Assembly: GCA_963835065.1 (NCBI GenBank) | Contig: CAWIEK010000033.1 | Location: 25,184 to 89,183 of the forward strand | DNA length: 64,000 nucleotides | Direction of reading: 5' to 3' | Source: an uncultured Chthonomonadaceae bacterium | GTDB lineage: Bacteria > Armatimonadota > Chthonomonadetes > Chthonomonadales > Chthonomonadaceae | Shown: positions 28,626 through 39,259 of the stretch, piece after piece | How the letters are laid out: each line of letters starts with the position of its first letter | Position numbering within the stretch: position 1 is the first letter of the stretch | Translations under genes and position numbers: made by a program | Notes under the pieces: generated by a model | Told to the model about the DNA's origin: nothing | The model's input: only the letters and a program-made list of their open reading frames with translations | The model's database searches: none

Positions 28626-31051
28626 TGCCAGCCGACACTTTTCCCCCGGACGATAACGCCATCTCAGGCGAGAGCGCCATTTCAGACGATAATGCCATTT
28701 CAGGCGAGAGCGCTACTTCAGGCGAGAACGTCATTATAGACGAGAACACCCTTCCAAGCGAGAACGTCATTTCTGAGGGTGAAATCCCAACGCCGCCTGC
28801 CGCGCCGCCCCCGACTGTTTCCCTTTCTTTCGGACAGACATTGCGCTCTGCGCTGCTGCCTGTCGCTGCGTTCCTGCTTGTCGGCTTGCTGTGGGGCTTG
28901 CGCGTGACGGCGCAGGCCACGCTGCCGCATATCTTTCAGCCGGGCGATTACGTCAATTTTCAGGGCGTCGTGGATGGCCTGCCCGTGCCGCGCCCGCTTG
29001 CCTGGAATGTGGAAGCCATGGACTTGCTGGCAACGCTGCGCGACCTGTCCGGCATGTCGCTGCTGCTTGCCATTTTGTTCGTTTTCGGTCCCCTGTGGCT
29101 GATTATCCTGCGCCGCGTCAACCCCACCTTCCGCCTTGTCAGCCATGCGCCTGCCGCATCATTTTCCGCGCCCAATTCTGCCGCGCCCAATTCTAATGAA
29201 ACTCCCGCATCCGGTTCACCTGTTCCCGCCGCGCTGTCCACCCAAACACCGAATACCGAACACCGAACACCGAACACCGGGGTTTCCCGGATTACCGCTT
29301 CTTCCGCTTTGTCTACGCCGCTTGAATTTTACGGATTGGTGAAAGCGCTTTCCGTGCTTGCGATTACGGGAGTGCCGATTGCCGCCGCGTGGATACTGTT
29401 GGATTGGGATGATCTCGGCGGGTCATTGGCGGGCGGCAGCCTTGCCGCCAACAATCCGCCTTTGATCGGTTCCGTGTGGGCGCTGCGGCTTGCGTTGATC
29501 GGTATCGCGTTTTGGATTGGCTTTCATCGGGACGGACTGGCAGGCGATTTCACGCGCCCCGAATGGAACCCGACGCGCTCCAAACTGCCGTTCCTTGCTC
29601 TGCGCGGCGCGTGTTTCGGCCTGCTGGCGTTTGCCGTTTGCCGCATTGCCCTGCCGCAGCATATAGAGGACGCGCTCCTGCGCCTGCAAACCCTGGGCGA
29701 CTTCAACAGGGCGGCGTGGAACCGGATTGCCGCGCATGTTCTGCTCGGTTTTGCCCTGGCCTGGCTTGCCATCGGGAGCATTTTTGTCTTTCTCAGCCCA
29801 CCGCCCCATGTTCGCGCCCATCGCGCTCTGCTGTGCCTGCCCCTGCTTGCCTGCATAGTGGCGGGAATTTATCAGCGCCGTCTTGCCCCGCAAGTTCTGG
29901 CCGCGCGTTATGATATGCGCCCCGCCGTGCTGCAAGCCATCCCGGAAAATGGTTCGTACCGCCCGAATGTTCCCGCTTCCGGCGTTCCTGACGGCACAGC
30001 CGCCGCAATGGAAATGGCGAGGCAATTGCATCTGCCGTTGGGTACGCGAACCGATGATCCGAATACGGCTTTATCGGGCCGCACATTGGCGCTGTTTGCG
30101 CCTCCCCGTTCGCTCATGAGATTACTTTCTTCTGTAAGCGGTGTGCCTCCCCCATCCGATCCAAGCCAACCTCTATTCGTGTACCAGAACAATATGACGC
30201 TTGACGGACTTGCCCCGGACGCCGCTTCCGCCGGTCGGATAACGAGTTTTCTTGAGCAGCGCGGGTACGAATCCGCCCTCTCGTGGATGGCGCTGAGGAC
30301 GCTGTTCAACTTCCCCCTACTCCGCTTTGATACAACCGGGGCCATTCGCGCCAGCCTGCAAGATTTGACGCATTATCCGCATAACGCGCAGTTTGCCATA
30401 ACGCTGGAGCAAATGTTCGCCATCTGCGCCGCTACGCCGGAAAACTTAGCCTTGCTCGATCAATGGGCGGACGAAACGCATTTCGCTTTTCCAGACCGGG
30501 AAAGCCGCCGCCTGATGGGAGATTTGTACCGGCGCTTCGGCAGTATTGAAAAAGCCTTAACATGGTATCGCAAAGCCGATATGCCTTCCTCGTTCTTAGA
30601 TCGTATCCGCAGGGAAACGCCCGTGCTGCGCACCGGGTACATTCAGGGCGTTCTGCGCTGGAACGGACGCCCGCTTGTCGGCGCGCAGGTCGCCGTCGTT
30701 CCGTCCCTGATGGATGGCCTGCCATCCGGCATGGAAATGCCGGTTTCGCAGGCGTTCGCGGGCATGGCAAACATCCCGCCCCGCGCCAATCCCGGCCTGT
30801 TCCCCGCTTACCATCCCTACCCCTGGCAGTTCCGCTGGATCAGCGCGACGGCCACAACGGACAGCCGGGGCGCGTACCGCATTGACCATCTCATACAGGG
30901 AACCTACAACGCCCTTTGTACGCTTCCCCCCGATGTGAAACCGACCCTGCCGTTCGACAATCGCCTGCAAATCATCCATCCCATCCCGCGCTTCAATCTG
31001 TACTCGGAACAAACATTTTTTGATGCGGGAACGACGGAATTCAAGTGGTAG
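28625..31051 (+). CDS. Large membrane protein with C-terminal TPR-like and carboxypeptidase-regulatory-like domains
   Basis: Several TM segments; GYIQGVLRWNGRPLVGAQV..TDSRGAYRIDHLIQGTY; N-terminal 18-nt repeats (ISGES/ISDDN). Confidence 0.7.
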   Translation: MPADTFPPDDNAISGESAISDDNAISGESATSGENVIIDENTLPSENVISEGEIPTPPAAPPPTVSLSFGQTLRSALLPVAAFLLVGLLWGLRVTAQATLPHIFQPGDYVNFQGVVDGLPVPRPLAWNVEAMDLLATLRDLSGMSLLLAILFVFGPLWLIILRRVNPTFRLVSHAPAASFSAPNSAAPNSNETPASGSPVPAALSTQTPNTEHRTPNTGVSRITASSALSTPLEFYGLVKALSVLAITGVPIAAAWILLDWDDLGGSLAGGSLAANNPPLIGSVWALRLALIGIAFWIGFHRDGLAGDFTRPEWNPTRSKLPFLALRGACFGLLAFAVCRIALPQHIEDALLRLQTLGDFNRAAWNRIAAHVLLGFALAWLAIGSIFVFLSPPPHVRAHRALLCLPLLACIVAGIYQRRLAPQVLAARYDMRPAVLQAIPENGSYRPNVPASGVPDGTAAAMEMARQLHLPLGTRTDDPNTALSGRTLALFAPPRSLMRLLSSVSGVPPPSDPSQPLFVYQNNMTLDGLAPDAASAGRITSFLEQRGYESALSWMALRTLFNFPLLRFDTTGAIRASLQDLTHYPHNAQFAITLEQMFAICAATPENLALLDQWADETHFAFPDRESRRLMGDLYRRFGSIEKALTWYRKADMPSSFLDRIRRETPVLRTGYIQGVLRWNGRPLVGAQVAVVPSLMDGLPSGMEMPVSQAFAGMANIPPRANPGLFPAYHPYPWQFRWISATATTDSRGAYRIDHLIQGTYNALCTLPPDVKPTLPFDNRLQIIHPIPRFNLYSEQTFFDAGTTEFKW

Positions 31052-31172
31052 GTTTCAGGTTTCAGGTGTCAGGGAATACGCTTTCATCGCCTACGACGGC
31101 TCATAGCAACACCAAAACGGGCAAGAAACGCTTTCCTGAAACCTGAAACCTGAAACCTGAAACCTGAAACCT
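31051..31172. repeat. Inverted cassette with GGTTTCA/TGAAACC heptamer arms
   Basis: ggtttcaggtttcaggtgtcagggaatacgct ... (tgaaacc)x5. Confidence 0.9.
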
Positions 31173-31184
31173 ACCGAGGTAGCC

Positions 31185-31967
31185 ATGACCGACATTGACA
31201 TCAACTACGTGCAGCAGGTAGCCCGTGAAGCGGGAAACCTTGCCATATCCATGCTCGACGGCATGAAGCCGGAACTGAAAGCCGACAGTTCTTACGTCAC
31301 CAACATTGACCGCGACGTGGAACAGTTTGTCCGCGCCCGGTTAGAGGAGCGTTACCCGGATTTTGCGTTTTTAGGGGAGGAGTTCGGGCGGCATGGCGAG
31401 GCGGACGCGCCGCTGTGGGCGGTAGACCCGATTGACGGCACGACCAATCTCGTCTTCGGGCTTCCCATCTGGTGCGTATCCATCGGGCTTATCGTGCAGG
31501 GCGAAGCCGTCGCGGGAGCCATTTACATGCCCCGGACAGGCGATATGTTTCACGGCGAACGGGGCAAGGGCGGCTACTGCAACGGCGTCCGCCTGAACGT
31601 CACGGACAGAGACAGTCTGCATGTGGAAGACACATTAGGCTTTACCAGCACCGCCCTGAAAAGACTGGAAGTTTCCTTTTTAGAAGGCCGCATACGCTGT
31701 CTGGGCAGCATTGCCCTTGACATCGCCTTTACTGCTCGCGGAACCCTCTGCGGCTTGATTGGCTGGAACGAGGGCGCGTATGACATGGCCGCCGCCCTGT
31801 GCATTGCCAGAGAAGCGGGCTGCGTCGCCCAGCATTTCTCCGGCGAACCGCTCGACATGGCCCGCTTGCTGCGCGAAGGCAAAACCTACGCGCCCTTCAC
31901 CGTCGCCCCGCCCCGCCTCACCGCCTACCTCCAGGCAAACCTGCACCCCAAAGCCGGGAAGGAATAA
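31185..31967 (+). CDS. Inositol monophosphatase family protein
   Basis: GEE, WAVDPIDGTTN, YDMAAA..AREAG. Confidence 0.92.
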   Translation: MTDIDINYVQQVAREAGNLAISMLDGMKPELKADSSYVTNIDRDVEQFVRARLEERYPDFAFLGEEFGRHGEADAPLWAVDPIDGTTNLVFGLPIWCVSIGLIVQGEAVAGAIYMPRTGDMFHGERGKGGYCNGVRLNVTDRDSLHVEDTLGFTSTALKRLEVSFLEGRIRCLGSIALDIAFTARGTLCGLIGWNEGAYDMAAALCIAREAGCVAQHFSGEPLDMARLLREGKTYAPFTVAPPRLTAYLQANLHPKAGKE

Positions 31968-32004
31968 AGAAAAGGAGAAAAGGAGAAAAGGAGAAGAAAA
32001 AGGG
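31967..32004 (+). repeat. GGAGAAAA octamer array (left arm)
   Basis: agaaaaggagaaaaggagaaaaggagaag; complement at 32413-32449. Confidence 0.85.
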
Positions 32005-32005
32005 A

Positions 32006-32407
32006 ATGAAGATTACGCACCATAGAGAACTGGACGTGTATAAGAAGGCAATGAATGCCGCCATGCACATTTTTCAGGAGAGTAAAACATTTCCGAAGGA
32101 TGAAACCTACTCGCTCACGGATCAGTTACGGCGTTCTTCGCGTTCTGTTTGTGCCAACCTCGCGGAAGCATGGCGCAGACGTCGCTACGAAGCCGCTTTT
32201 GTCGCCAAACTCAACGAATGTGAAGCCGAAGCCGCCGAAACACAAACATGGCTGGAATTTGCCGTTCGCTGCGACTACTTGGATGCAGACAAAGGCAAAG
32301 AGCTTTATCAGAGCTATAACGAGATTCTTGCCATGCTTTCTGCCATGATTTACAATCCTGCGCCCTGGCTTATTCCCCTTGCTTCTCATCCAAACAAAGG
32401 AACATAG
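32006..32407 (+). CDS. Four helix bundle protein (23S rRNA IVP / TIGR02436 family)
   Basis: HRELDVY, FPKDETYSLTDQLRRSSRSVCANLAEAW, EAAETQTWL. Confidence 0.92.
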   Translation: MKITHHRELDVYKKAMNAAMHIFQESKTFPKDETYSLTDQLRRSSRSVCANLAEAWRRRRYEAAFVAKLNECEAEAAETQTWLEFAVRCDYLDADKGKELYQSYNEILAMLSAMIYNPAPWLIPLASHPNKGT

Positions 32408-32412
32408 AAATG

Positions 32413-32449
32413 TTTTCCCTTCTCCTTTTCTCCTTTTCTCCTTTTCTTT
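32413..32449 (-). repeat. TTTTCTCC octamer array (right arm)
   Basis: ttctccttttctccttttctccttttctt. Confidence 0.85.
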
Positions 32450-33314
32450 ACTTCGGTTTTACTCCTGCACGGTTGAAGATGGTATCAAGAGCGGTAGCAA
32501 CGGTTTGCAGGCGGGCGTCGTCGGAGGGCAGGGCGGCCAGTTCTTTGGCGAAGGGTTCGGCGACAACCGGGCCGTCATAGCCGATGGCTTGCAGGGCTTG
32601 CAGGAAGCCGGCGATGTTGATAACGCCGGTTGCGCCGGGCAGGCCGCGTATGTTGTCTACCTGCGCGTCGGTTTCCACGCCTGCGGGCGCGTCGTTGACG
32701 TGAACATAAACCACTTGTTCGGGTGTCAGGCTGTGCAGTTCTTCCACTGTGCCGTGTGACGTGTGCCAGTGCCAGCAGTCCAGCAGCAGGCCGACATTGG
32801 GGCCGATTTGCGCCGCCATGTCCAGCATTTGCGACATTGTATGGACAAACGGGTACTTCTGGCTGTCGCGCAGGGTTTTGGGGCCGATGAATTCCAGACC
32901 GAGGGACACGCCTTCATGGGCTAAAATGCGGGCAATGGGCTGGAAACGCGCGATGTGGAAAGCAAGGTTTTCCTCCCAATCGCGCTCGTTGGAACCGGGC
33001 ATGATCCACGTAGACACGCGGGTTCCGCCAATCGCGGCAGACGCTCTGGCAAGCCGGGGCAAATCGTCCAGTTCCGCGCGCCATTTTGCTTCGGGACCGC
33101 GCCAGTCCGTCGGCAATCCCCACCCCGCCGGTTTCACCTTCGCGCCCGCAAACAGGTTTTTCACGGCTTCCGCGCCCTGCTGCTCAATCAGAGTCGCCAC
33201 TTCCTGTGGGCTGAACTCCACGCCTGCGAACCCGTGCTTCGCCGCCAGCGCAATCGCGTTGGGCAAATTGCCCGCGTGGACGCCAATAGCTCCCGCGCTT
33301 AATGCTTTATACAT
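32448..33314 (-). CDS. Sugar phosphate isomerase/epimerase (xylose isomerase-like TIM barrel)
   Basis: GFAGVE, LGLEF, GLLLDCWH, VHVNDA, PGATGVI, GYDGPVVAE. Confidence 0.9.
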   Translation of the reverse strand: MYKALSAGAIGVHAGNLPNAIALAAKHGFAGVEFSPQEVATLIEQQGAEAVKNLFAGAKVKPAGWGLPTDWRGPEAKWRAELDDLPRLARASAAIGGTRVSTWIMPGSNERDWEENLAFHIARFQPIARILAHEGVSLGLEFIGPKTLRDSQKYPFVHTMSQMLDMAAQIGPNVGLLLDCWHWHTSHGTVEELHSLTPEQVVYVHVNDAPAGVETDAQVDNIRGLPGATGVINIAGFLQALQAIGYDGPVVAEPFAKELAALPSDDARLQTVATALDTIFNRAGVKPK

Positions 33315-33365
33315 GGTACAATCCTCCAAGATTGAAGTTAATTTGAGGTGACATATTTAGACACG

Positions 33366-34168
33366 CTATTCGGCGCTGTCACTATGATTTCCTGCGCTGA
33401 GGCCAGCGCGCAGCAATTGTTGCGGTTCGGAAGCGGTGTTTTGGGCGGGACGGAGGAGAATATCGGGAGTGTTGAAATGGCTGTCAGCCGCGCGCAGCAG
33501 CGTGTGCCGGACTTCCTGCCGCTCGGCGTTGGCTTGCAAAAATGGCAGGCACTCCTGCGCGGCATAAATGACTTCAGGTTTAGCTTTGGCTTTGCCCCTG
33601 ATTTTGCCTTCCGTTTTCCGGTTTGCCAAAGTTTGCACGGCGTTCCAATCGCGCAGGTCGCCAACCTGTTCTAATGCGTGAAGCAAAATCAGCGTAAGTT
33701 CCGCGTCCTGTTGCTTGAAAATGCCGTGCAGATGCTGACGCTGCGTGGTACTGAGTAAATCGGAGTCTGTAGCCTGCAAACGCGGCAGCAGTATTTTAAG
33801 CGCTTCGCGGGCAATTTTCTTCAGTTCCACATCTTCAAAGCCAAGCACATCCGCCATTGCGCCGCACGCCTGTTTATCCTCTATGGTGGCGAGTTGTTTT
33901 ACCAGTGCTTTTCGTTTGATCTGCTGTTGATGGTATTTGCAATAATCATTACAGCGATGTTGACAGCCTGCATACCGGCATTGACAATCATTGGATTGTT
34001 GTGCCAATGCAGCAGGTAAGCCAACAGGAAGTAGAGCGGCAGCGTTACCAGCCAGGCGACCACAACGCCAATGCGCAGTTTGCGCAATCTTCTGGCCTTA
34101 CGCGCTTCGTGCTTCATTGCCGTCAGCAGGTCTTCTATTTCCAGCGATGTTGTGTCTGATGCTTCCAT
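33366..34168 (-). CDS. Hypothetical 2-TM protein with HEAT-like region and C-terminal LLRA repeats (frameshift near 33916)
   Basis: ORF 33899-34168 joins ORF 33366-34007; tail TLLRAA..DILLRPA..EPQQLLRAG like 6275-7153. Confidence 0.65.
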
Positions 34169-34256
34169 AGCCTGTTGATTCGCCGTTTCGCCGCGTTTTC
34201 CCTGTGCGTTTCGTTCGTAATTGGTACAGGTTCTCTGCTATTTCTGTCACGATGCT

Positions 34257-35720
34257 ATGATGAAACTGATTGCACACGATACCATTGCTGCTGTTGCCAC
34301 GCCGCCGGGGGAGGGCGGGATTGCCGTTATTCGCGTTTCCGGGCAGGACGCGCTTGCGGTTGCTGGTCGCGTCTTTCGTTCCCGGAATGCCGGGGATGTT
34401 GCGCTATGGGCGGGGTATACCGTCCGCTATGGGCAGTTTGTGGAAGCCGAAAATGGCAATGTTGTTGACGATGGCCTGCTCACCGTTTTTCGCGCCCCGC
34501 ACTCGTATACGGGCGAAGATACGGTAGAATTGTCCTGTCATGGCGGGCGCGTGACCACTGCGCGCATACTGCAATTAACGTTGCAGGCGGGCGCGCGACT
34601 GGCAGAACCGGGCGAGTTCACGCAGCGCGCGTTTGTAAACGGGCGCATGGATCTGGCGCAGGCGGAAGCGGTTGCCGATGTGATACGGGCGCGCACAGAT
34701 GCCGCGCAGCGCGTGGCCCGGCAGCAGCTTGACGGCGCGTTATCACAGGCCGTTATCCAACTCAAAGACGAACTGATCGGCATTGTGGCCGCCATTGAAG
34801 TGACCATTGATTACAGCGACGAGGTTGGCGAACTGGACCACGCCACGATTTTGCCGCGTATCGAAGCGGTTCAGCGCGGCCTTGCGCAGTTGCTGCAAAC
34901 GGCGGAACGCGGGCGTATTTTGCGGGAAGGTTTGCGCGCGGCCATTGTGGGACGGCCCAACGTCGGCAAATCGTCCCTGCTGAACGCGCTGCTGCGGCAG
35001 GAACGCGCCATTGTCACGCCCATAGCCGGCACAACCCGCGATCTGGTGGAAGAATCCGCCAACATCGGCGGCGTTCCCGTCGTGTTTGTGGATACGGCGG
35101 GTATTCGCGCTACGGACGATGTTGTGGAGCGTATCGGCGTGGAACGGGCGCGCAGAGCCATTGCCGAAGCGGACACCATTTTATTCGTTGTAGACGCGAC
35201 AGCCGAGTTTACCAAACGAAGATGGAGAAATTGCCGATTTCATCCGGCGCGAAACCAACACGCCCGTTCTTGTCGTCGTGAACAAGTGTGATCTTGCGAA
35301 CGGGCAGGAGTGGATTCGCAACAGCGTTTCCACTAAATTCGATTTGTTGGATGCAGAGCGCTTCCGCCCTGTGTATGTTTCGGCGCAGACAGGGGAAGGG
35401 TTGGACACCTTGGAAGCGACTCTAATTCAGCCCGCGTCCACCAACACGGTTTCCAATCCTGAATACACTATTGACGACGTTACCTATCAGGATACCAACA
35501 ACGGCGTTGTCGTCGCCAATGCGCGGCACAAGCAGGCGCTTGTCTGCCGCGTTCGCCAGTTTGCAGGAAGCGGAAGCCACGACGCGCGCCGGGTCTGCCC
35601 GGTGACTTCATCGCCATAGATGTACGCGGCGCGTTGGACGCGCTCGGCCAAATCACCGGCGAAACCGTTACGGAAGATATTATCCACCGCATCTTCCGTG
35701 ATTTCTGTGTCGGTAAATAG
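34257..35720 (+). CDS. mnmE: tRNA modification GTPase MnmE (three apparent frameshifts near 35214, 35542 and 35591)
   Basis: [32 protein letters not shown], ends [13 protein letters not shown]. Confidence 0.93.
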
Positions 35721-35736
35721 AAAAGGAAATCATACT

Positions 35737-38590
35737 TTGGAACATATAGACGCGCAGGAAACGAAAACGGGACTGACGAGCGGGGTGGTACGTGAAACGC
35801 TTGCAAATGGCCTGACGGTGCTGGTCAAAGAAAATCGTGCGGCTCCGGTTGCCGCCGTACTGGTGTCGGTGAAGGCCGGGTATTTTCAGGAACCGGATCG
35901 CGTCAACGGAATTGCGCATGTTATAGAACACATGTTGTTCAAGGGTACGCCCCGCCGCCCTGAAGACGAACAGATCGCCCGCGAAGTGCGCGAACTCGGC
36001 GGCTACATCAACGCGGGCACGTATTATGAAGAAACCACCTACTACCTGACCGTTCCCTCGCAGCATGTTGTTGCGGCTATGGACATTCTTGCCGACGCCT
36101 GCCAGAACTCCCTTTTTGACGGCGAGGAACTGGCAAAAGAAATTGAAGTGATTGTTCAGGAAAGCCTGCAAAAGCGGGACAATCCCAACGCCATGCTGCT
36201 GGAATCGCTGTACGCGCTGGCCTATGACGCGCACCGTATACGGCGCTGGCGCATCGGCCACCCGGAAACCCTGCGCGAATTTCGCCGCGACGATTTGAAG
36301 CAGTTTGTGGCCGACAACTACACGCCCGACAACATGGTTTTAACGGTTGTCGGGGATGTGGATACGGAAGCGGTATTGAGCGCGGCGCGTAGTTTGTGGG
36401 GCGATGTCGGCGCAAAGCGACAAGCCGCGCGAACTGTCTCCCGTCGAAGCCCCGCATCCCGGCCTGCGTTATCAGCGCTTGACTGGCGACACCAAACAAC
36501 GCCTGCTGATGTTTACCCTGCCCGCGCCCGATACGCTGCACCCGGACGCCGCCCCGCTGATGGTATTGAGTTCCCTGCTCAGTGATGGCCGCTCAGCCCG
36601 CCTGTACCGCCGCCTGAAAGAAGAACTTAACATCGTCAACAGCGCGTGGGCGTCGTATGAGAGTTTCGAGCAGATGGGCATCTTCACGCTCGGCGCGGAA
36701 GTGGTCGAGGACGATCCGCTGCCCGCCGAACGGGGATTGTGGGAGGAAGTCCGGCGCGTTCAGCAGGAGCCGATTGATCCCGCCGATCTGGAACGCATCA
36801 AAACCCGCATCCAAACCCGCCGCCTGTTCGCGCAGGAAGAAGTGATGGGCATGGCGCGTAATCTCTCGCACTATGAGCAGTTAGGCGATTATCAACTGGC
36901 CGATGTACTGGTAGAGCGTTTACGCGCGGTCACGCCGGAAGACATTCAGCGCGTCGCCCGCACATATCTGCAAGTAGAAAATGCCGCCCTGCTGGAATAC
37001 CTGCCCGCCGACAGCAATCCTCCGGCTCCCCTTGCAACGCCACAGCTAACCAACATCCTCGTAGGGGCGCAATTTATTGCGCCCGATGCCGCTTCTGCGC
37101 CCGATGCCGCTTCTGCGCCCGATGCCGCTTCTGCGCCAGAGAGTGTAATGCGTAAAGAGGGCGCAATAAATTGCGCCCCTACGGATGCTGAGCGGGTGGA
37201 AGAAGGCGGCACACGCGCTCAGGCCGAACCGATCAACCCGGCGAATGTGCCAACCGTTTTTGTTCGTTCCGAAAATTCGGAAACACAGGAGATTATGCTG
37301 CCGGGCGGCGGGAAACTGCTGCTGAAAGAGCGGCGCGACCTGCCGATTATCGCGCTCAACGCCCTCTTTCGCGGCGGCAAAAAACGCGAACACCGCGCCA
37401 TCGCCGGCCTGACCAACCTGATGTTGAAATCTTCCCTGAAAGGCACACGGGGAACCAACGCCCTGCCGCCCCTGTCCGCCGAGGCGATCGCCAACCGCGT
37501 GGAAAGTCTGGGAACCGGCATCGGGCTGTCTGCCGGCATGGAATACTTCGGGTGGGGCATCAAGAGCAGCCGGGACGTGTTCCGCGAAGCGTTCGACGTG
37601 TTTGCCGCCGTCGCCACCGCCCCCGCCTTTGCGCCCGATGAAATGGAAAAGGAAAAACAATCCATTTATGCCGAAATCCGCCGCCAGCAGGATCACAACT
37701 ATTCGCTCGCCAACGACCTGCTTGCCGCCGCCCGTTTCGGCGACGACCATCCCTACGGCCTGCCCGCCAGCGGCCTCGCCGAAGCCGTAGAATCGTTCAC
37801 CGCCGACGATTTACACAACTGGTACAACGCGCAAGTCCTCCCCGAAAATCTCATCATCGCCTGTGTAGGCGACATCAGTGCGCAGCAAGCCGTTGATTTG
37901 TTCGGCAGGATTTTAGAGAAGACAGAAGACAGAAGACAGAAGACAGAAGCAGAGGATGCGCTATCAACTATCAACTATCAACTATCAACTGCTCCTTCAT
38001 CCTTCCCCAATACCCAAGACCCAACACCCAACACCCGCATCCTTCATCGTCAAAAGCAGCAAACGGCGGCCATGATGGGCTTTGGGGGCGCGGATATGTT
38101 CAGCCCGGATCGGTTTGCGCTGGATGTGCTGAATGAAATCACGTCGGGCATGGGCGGGCGCTTATTCCGGGCGGTGCGGGGCGAAAACTCGCTGGCATAT
38201 CAGGTGACAAGCGCCCATCGGTCACGGGTGGATGTGGGCACGTTTATCACGTACACGTCTACCGCGCCCGAAAACGAGCAACGCGCCCAGGACCTGATTT
38301 TGAACGCCCTGCGCGAATTGCAGCGCGAACCGGTCACGGACGAAGAATTGAAGATGGCGAAAGCGTCCATCGTCGGCGAACACGTCATCAACATGCAGAC
38401 ATTCGCGGCGCAGGCGGGCGAACTGGCGGTTATCGGCGTGTACGGCCTGCCCCTCGATGAGTCGGAACGCTACCTGCGCGAAGTTCAAAACGTCACAGCG
38501 GAACAAATACGCGAGGTCGCCGTTCGCTATCTGGACACGGAGCGTTACTGGCTCGGCGTGGTACGCGGCGGCACAACAAAGGAGTCTTGA
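35737..38590 (+). CDS. M16 (pitrilysin/insulinase) zinc peptidase, about 950 aa (frameshift near 36410)
   Basis: TLANGLTV, HVIEH (HXXEH), GGYINAGT; C-terminal half in ORF 36404-38590. Confidence 0.9.
37061..37182. repeat. GTAG-type REP doublet (REPIN) inside the peptidase CDS
   Basis: GTAGGGGCGCAATTTATTGCGCCC ... GGGCGCAATAAATTGCGCCCCTAC with an internal 18-nt x3 repeat. Confidence 0.85.
38487..38590 (+). repeat. Direct repeat copy 1 (peptidase 3' end)
   Basis: 104 nt aligned without gaps to 41199-41302. Confidence 0.9.
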
Positions 38591-38645
38591 TTAAAGCAGG
38601 AAACATCAGCAGAAAGGCGAAATAGAAGAAGCAGGAAGTGGCACA

Positions 38646-38918
38646 ATGGAAGCAACAAAAATGAGCATTGAAGAAGTGGCGCGGCGCGGCGAAGCGTTGT
38701 ACGCGCAGAGTCTTCGCGCAAAGGTCGAAACGGAGGAGAACATCGGCAAGGTGTTGGTGATTGACGTAGAAACAGGCGAGTACGCCATTGACGATACCGG
38801 GATTGAGGGGTCACGACTTCTTCACGCCAAACGTCCTGACGCTCCCCTGTATGGCATCCGTATCGGCTATCGGGCGATGGAAACGTTTGGCGGAATGAGG
38901 GTACGAACGGCCCTCTGA
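38646..38918 (+). CDS. Small hypothetical protein (RRGEALY..GKVLVIDVETGEY family)
   Basis: Compact ORF with RBS; the family is usually found in TA-like gene pairs. Confidence 0.7.
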   Translation: MEATKMSIEEVARRGEALYAQSLRAKVETEENIGKVLVIDVETGEYAIDDTGIEGSRLLHAKRPDAPLYGIRIGYRAMETFGGMRVRTAL

Positions 38919-38995
38919 TTTTGATTGTGCATTGTTCCACAAGCAGATATATTGATACTGCTTGTGCTATAATAAATGTGAACCGGAGGAAGCAA

Positions 38996-39256
38996 ATGGC
39001 TCAACTAGATTCATATCAACCGAACATGACGTTTCGGGGAACAGTAGATGAGGTATTCAGACATCGCGGCGAAATTCCTGTCGGCGCAACTGTCGAACTC
39101 AGGGTGTTCGCTGAGAAACCTGTCAGCGTCAGCGCAAAAACGCTGGCTGAGGCGCTGCAAGAGATTGGAACCGTCAGCGGCTTACCGACAGACCTTTCCA
39201 CTAACCCCGACTATATGCAGGGCTTTGGCGAAACAAAGCCTTCGCAGGCAACCTAA
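38996..39256 (+). CDS. Putative antitoxin
   Basis: RBS ggagg; GLPTDLSTNPDYMQGFG tail; directly upstream of a PIN toxin. Confidence 0.7.
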   Translation: MAQLDSYQPNMTFRGTVDEVFRHRGEIPVGATVELRVFAEKPVSVSAKTLAEALQEIGTVSGLPTDLSTNPDYMQGFGETKPSQAT

Positions 39257-39259
39257 ACA

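Noticed and set aside
31799..32005. N-terminal extension of the four-helix-bundle ORF
   Set aside because: It overlaps the IMPase gene and the octamer array; ATG 32006 gives the normal family length
34257..35720. mnmE as a pseudogene or programmed frameshift
   Set aside because: All motifs are intact across three single-base indels with no slippery-site pattern, and similar indels occur window-wide, so sequencing error is more likely
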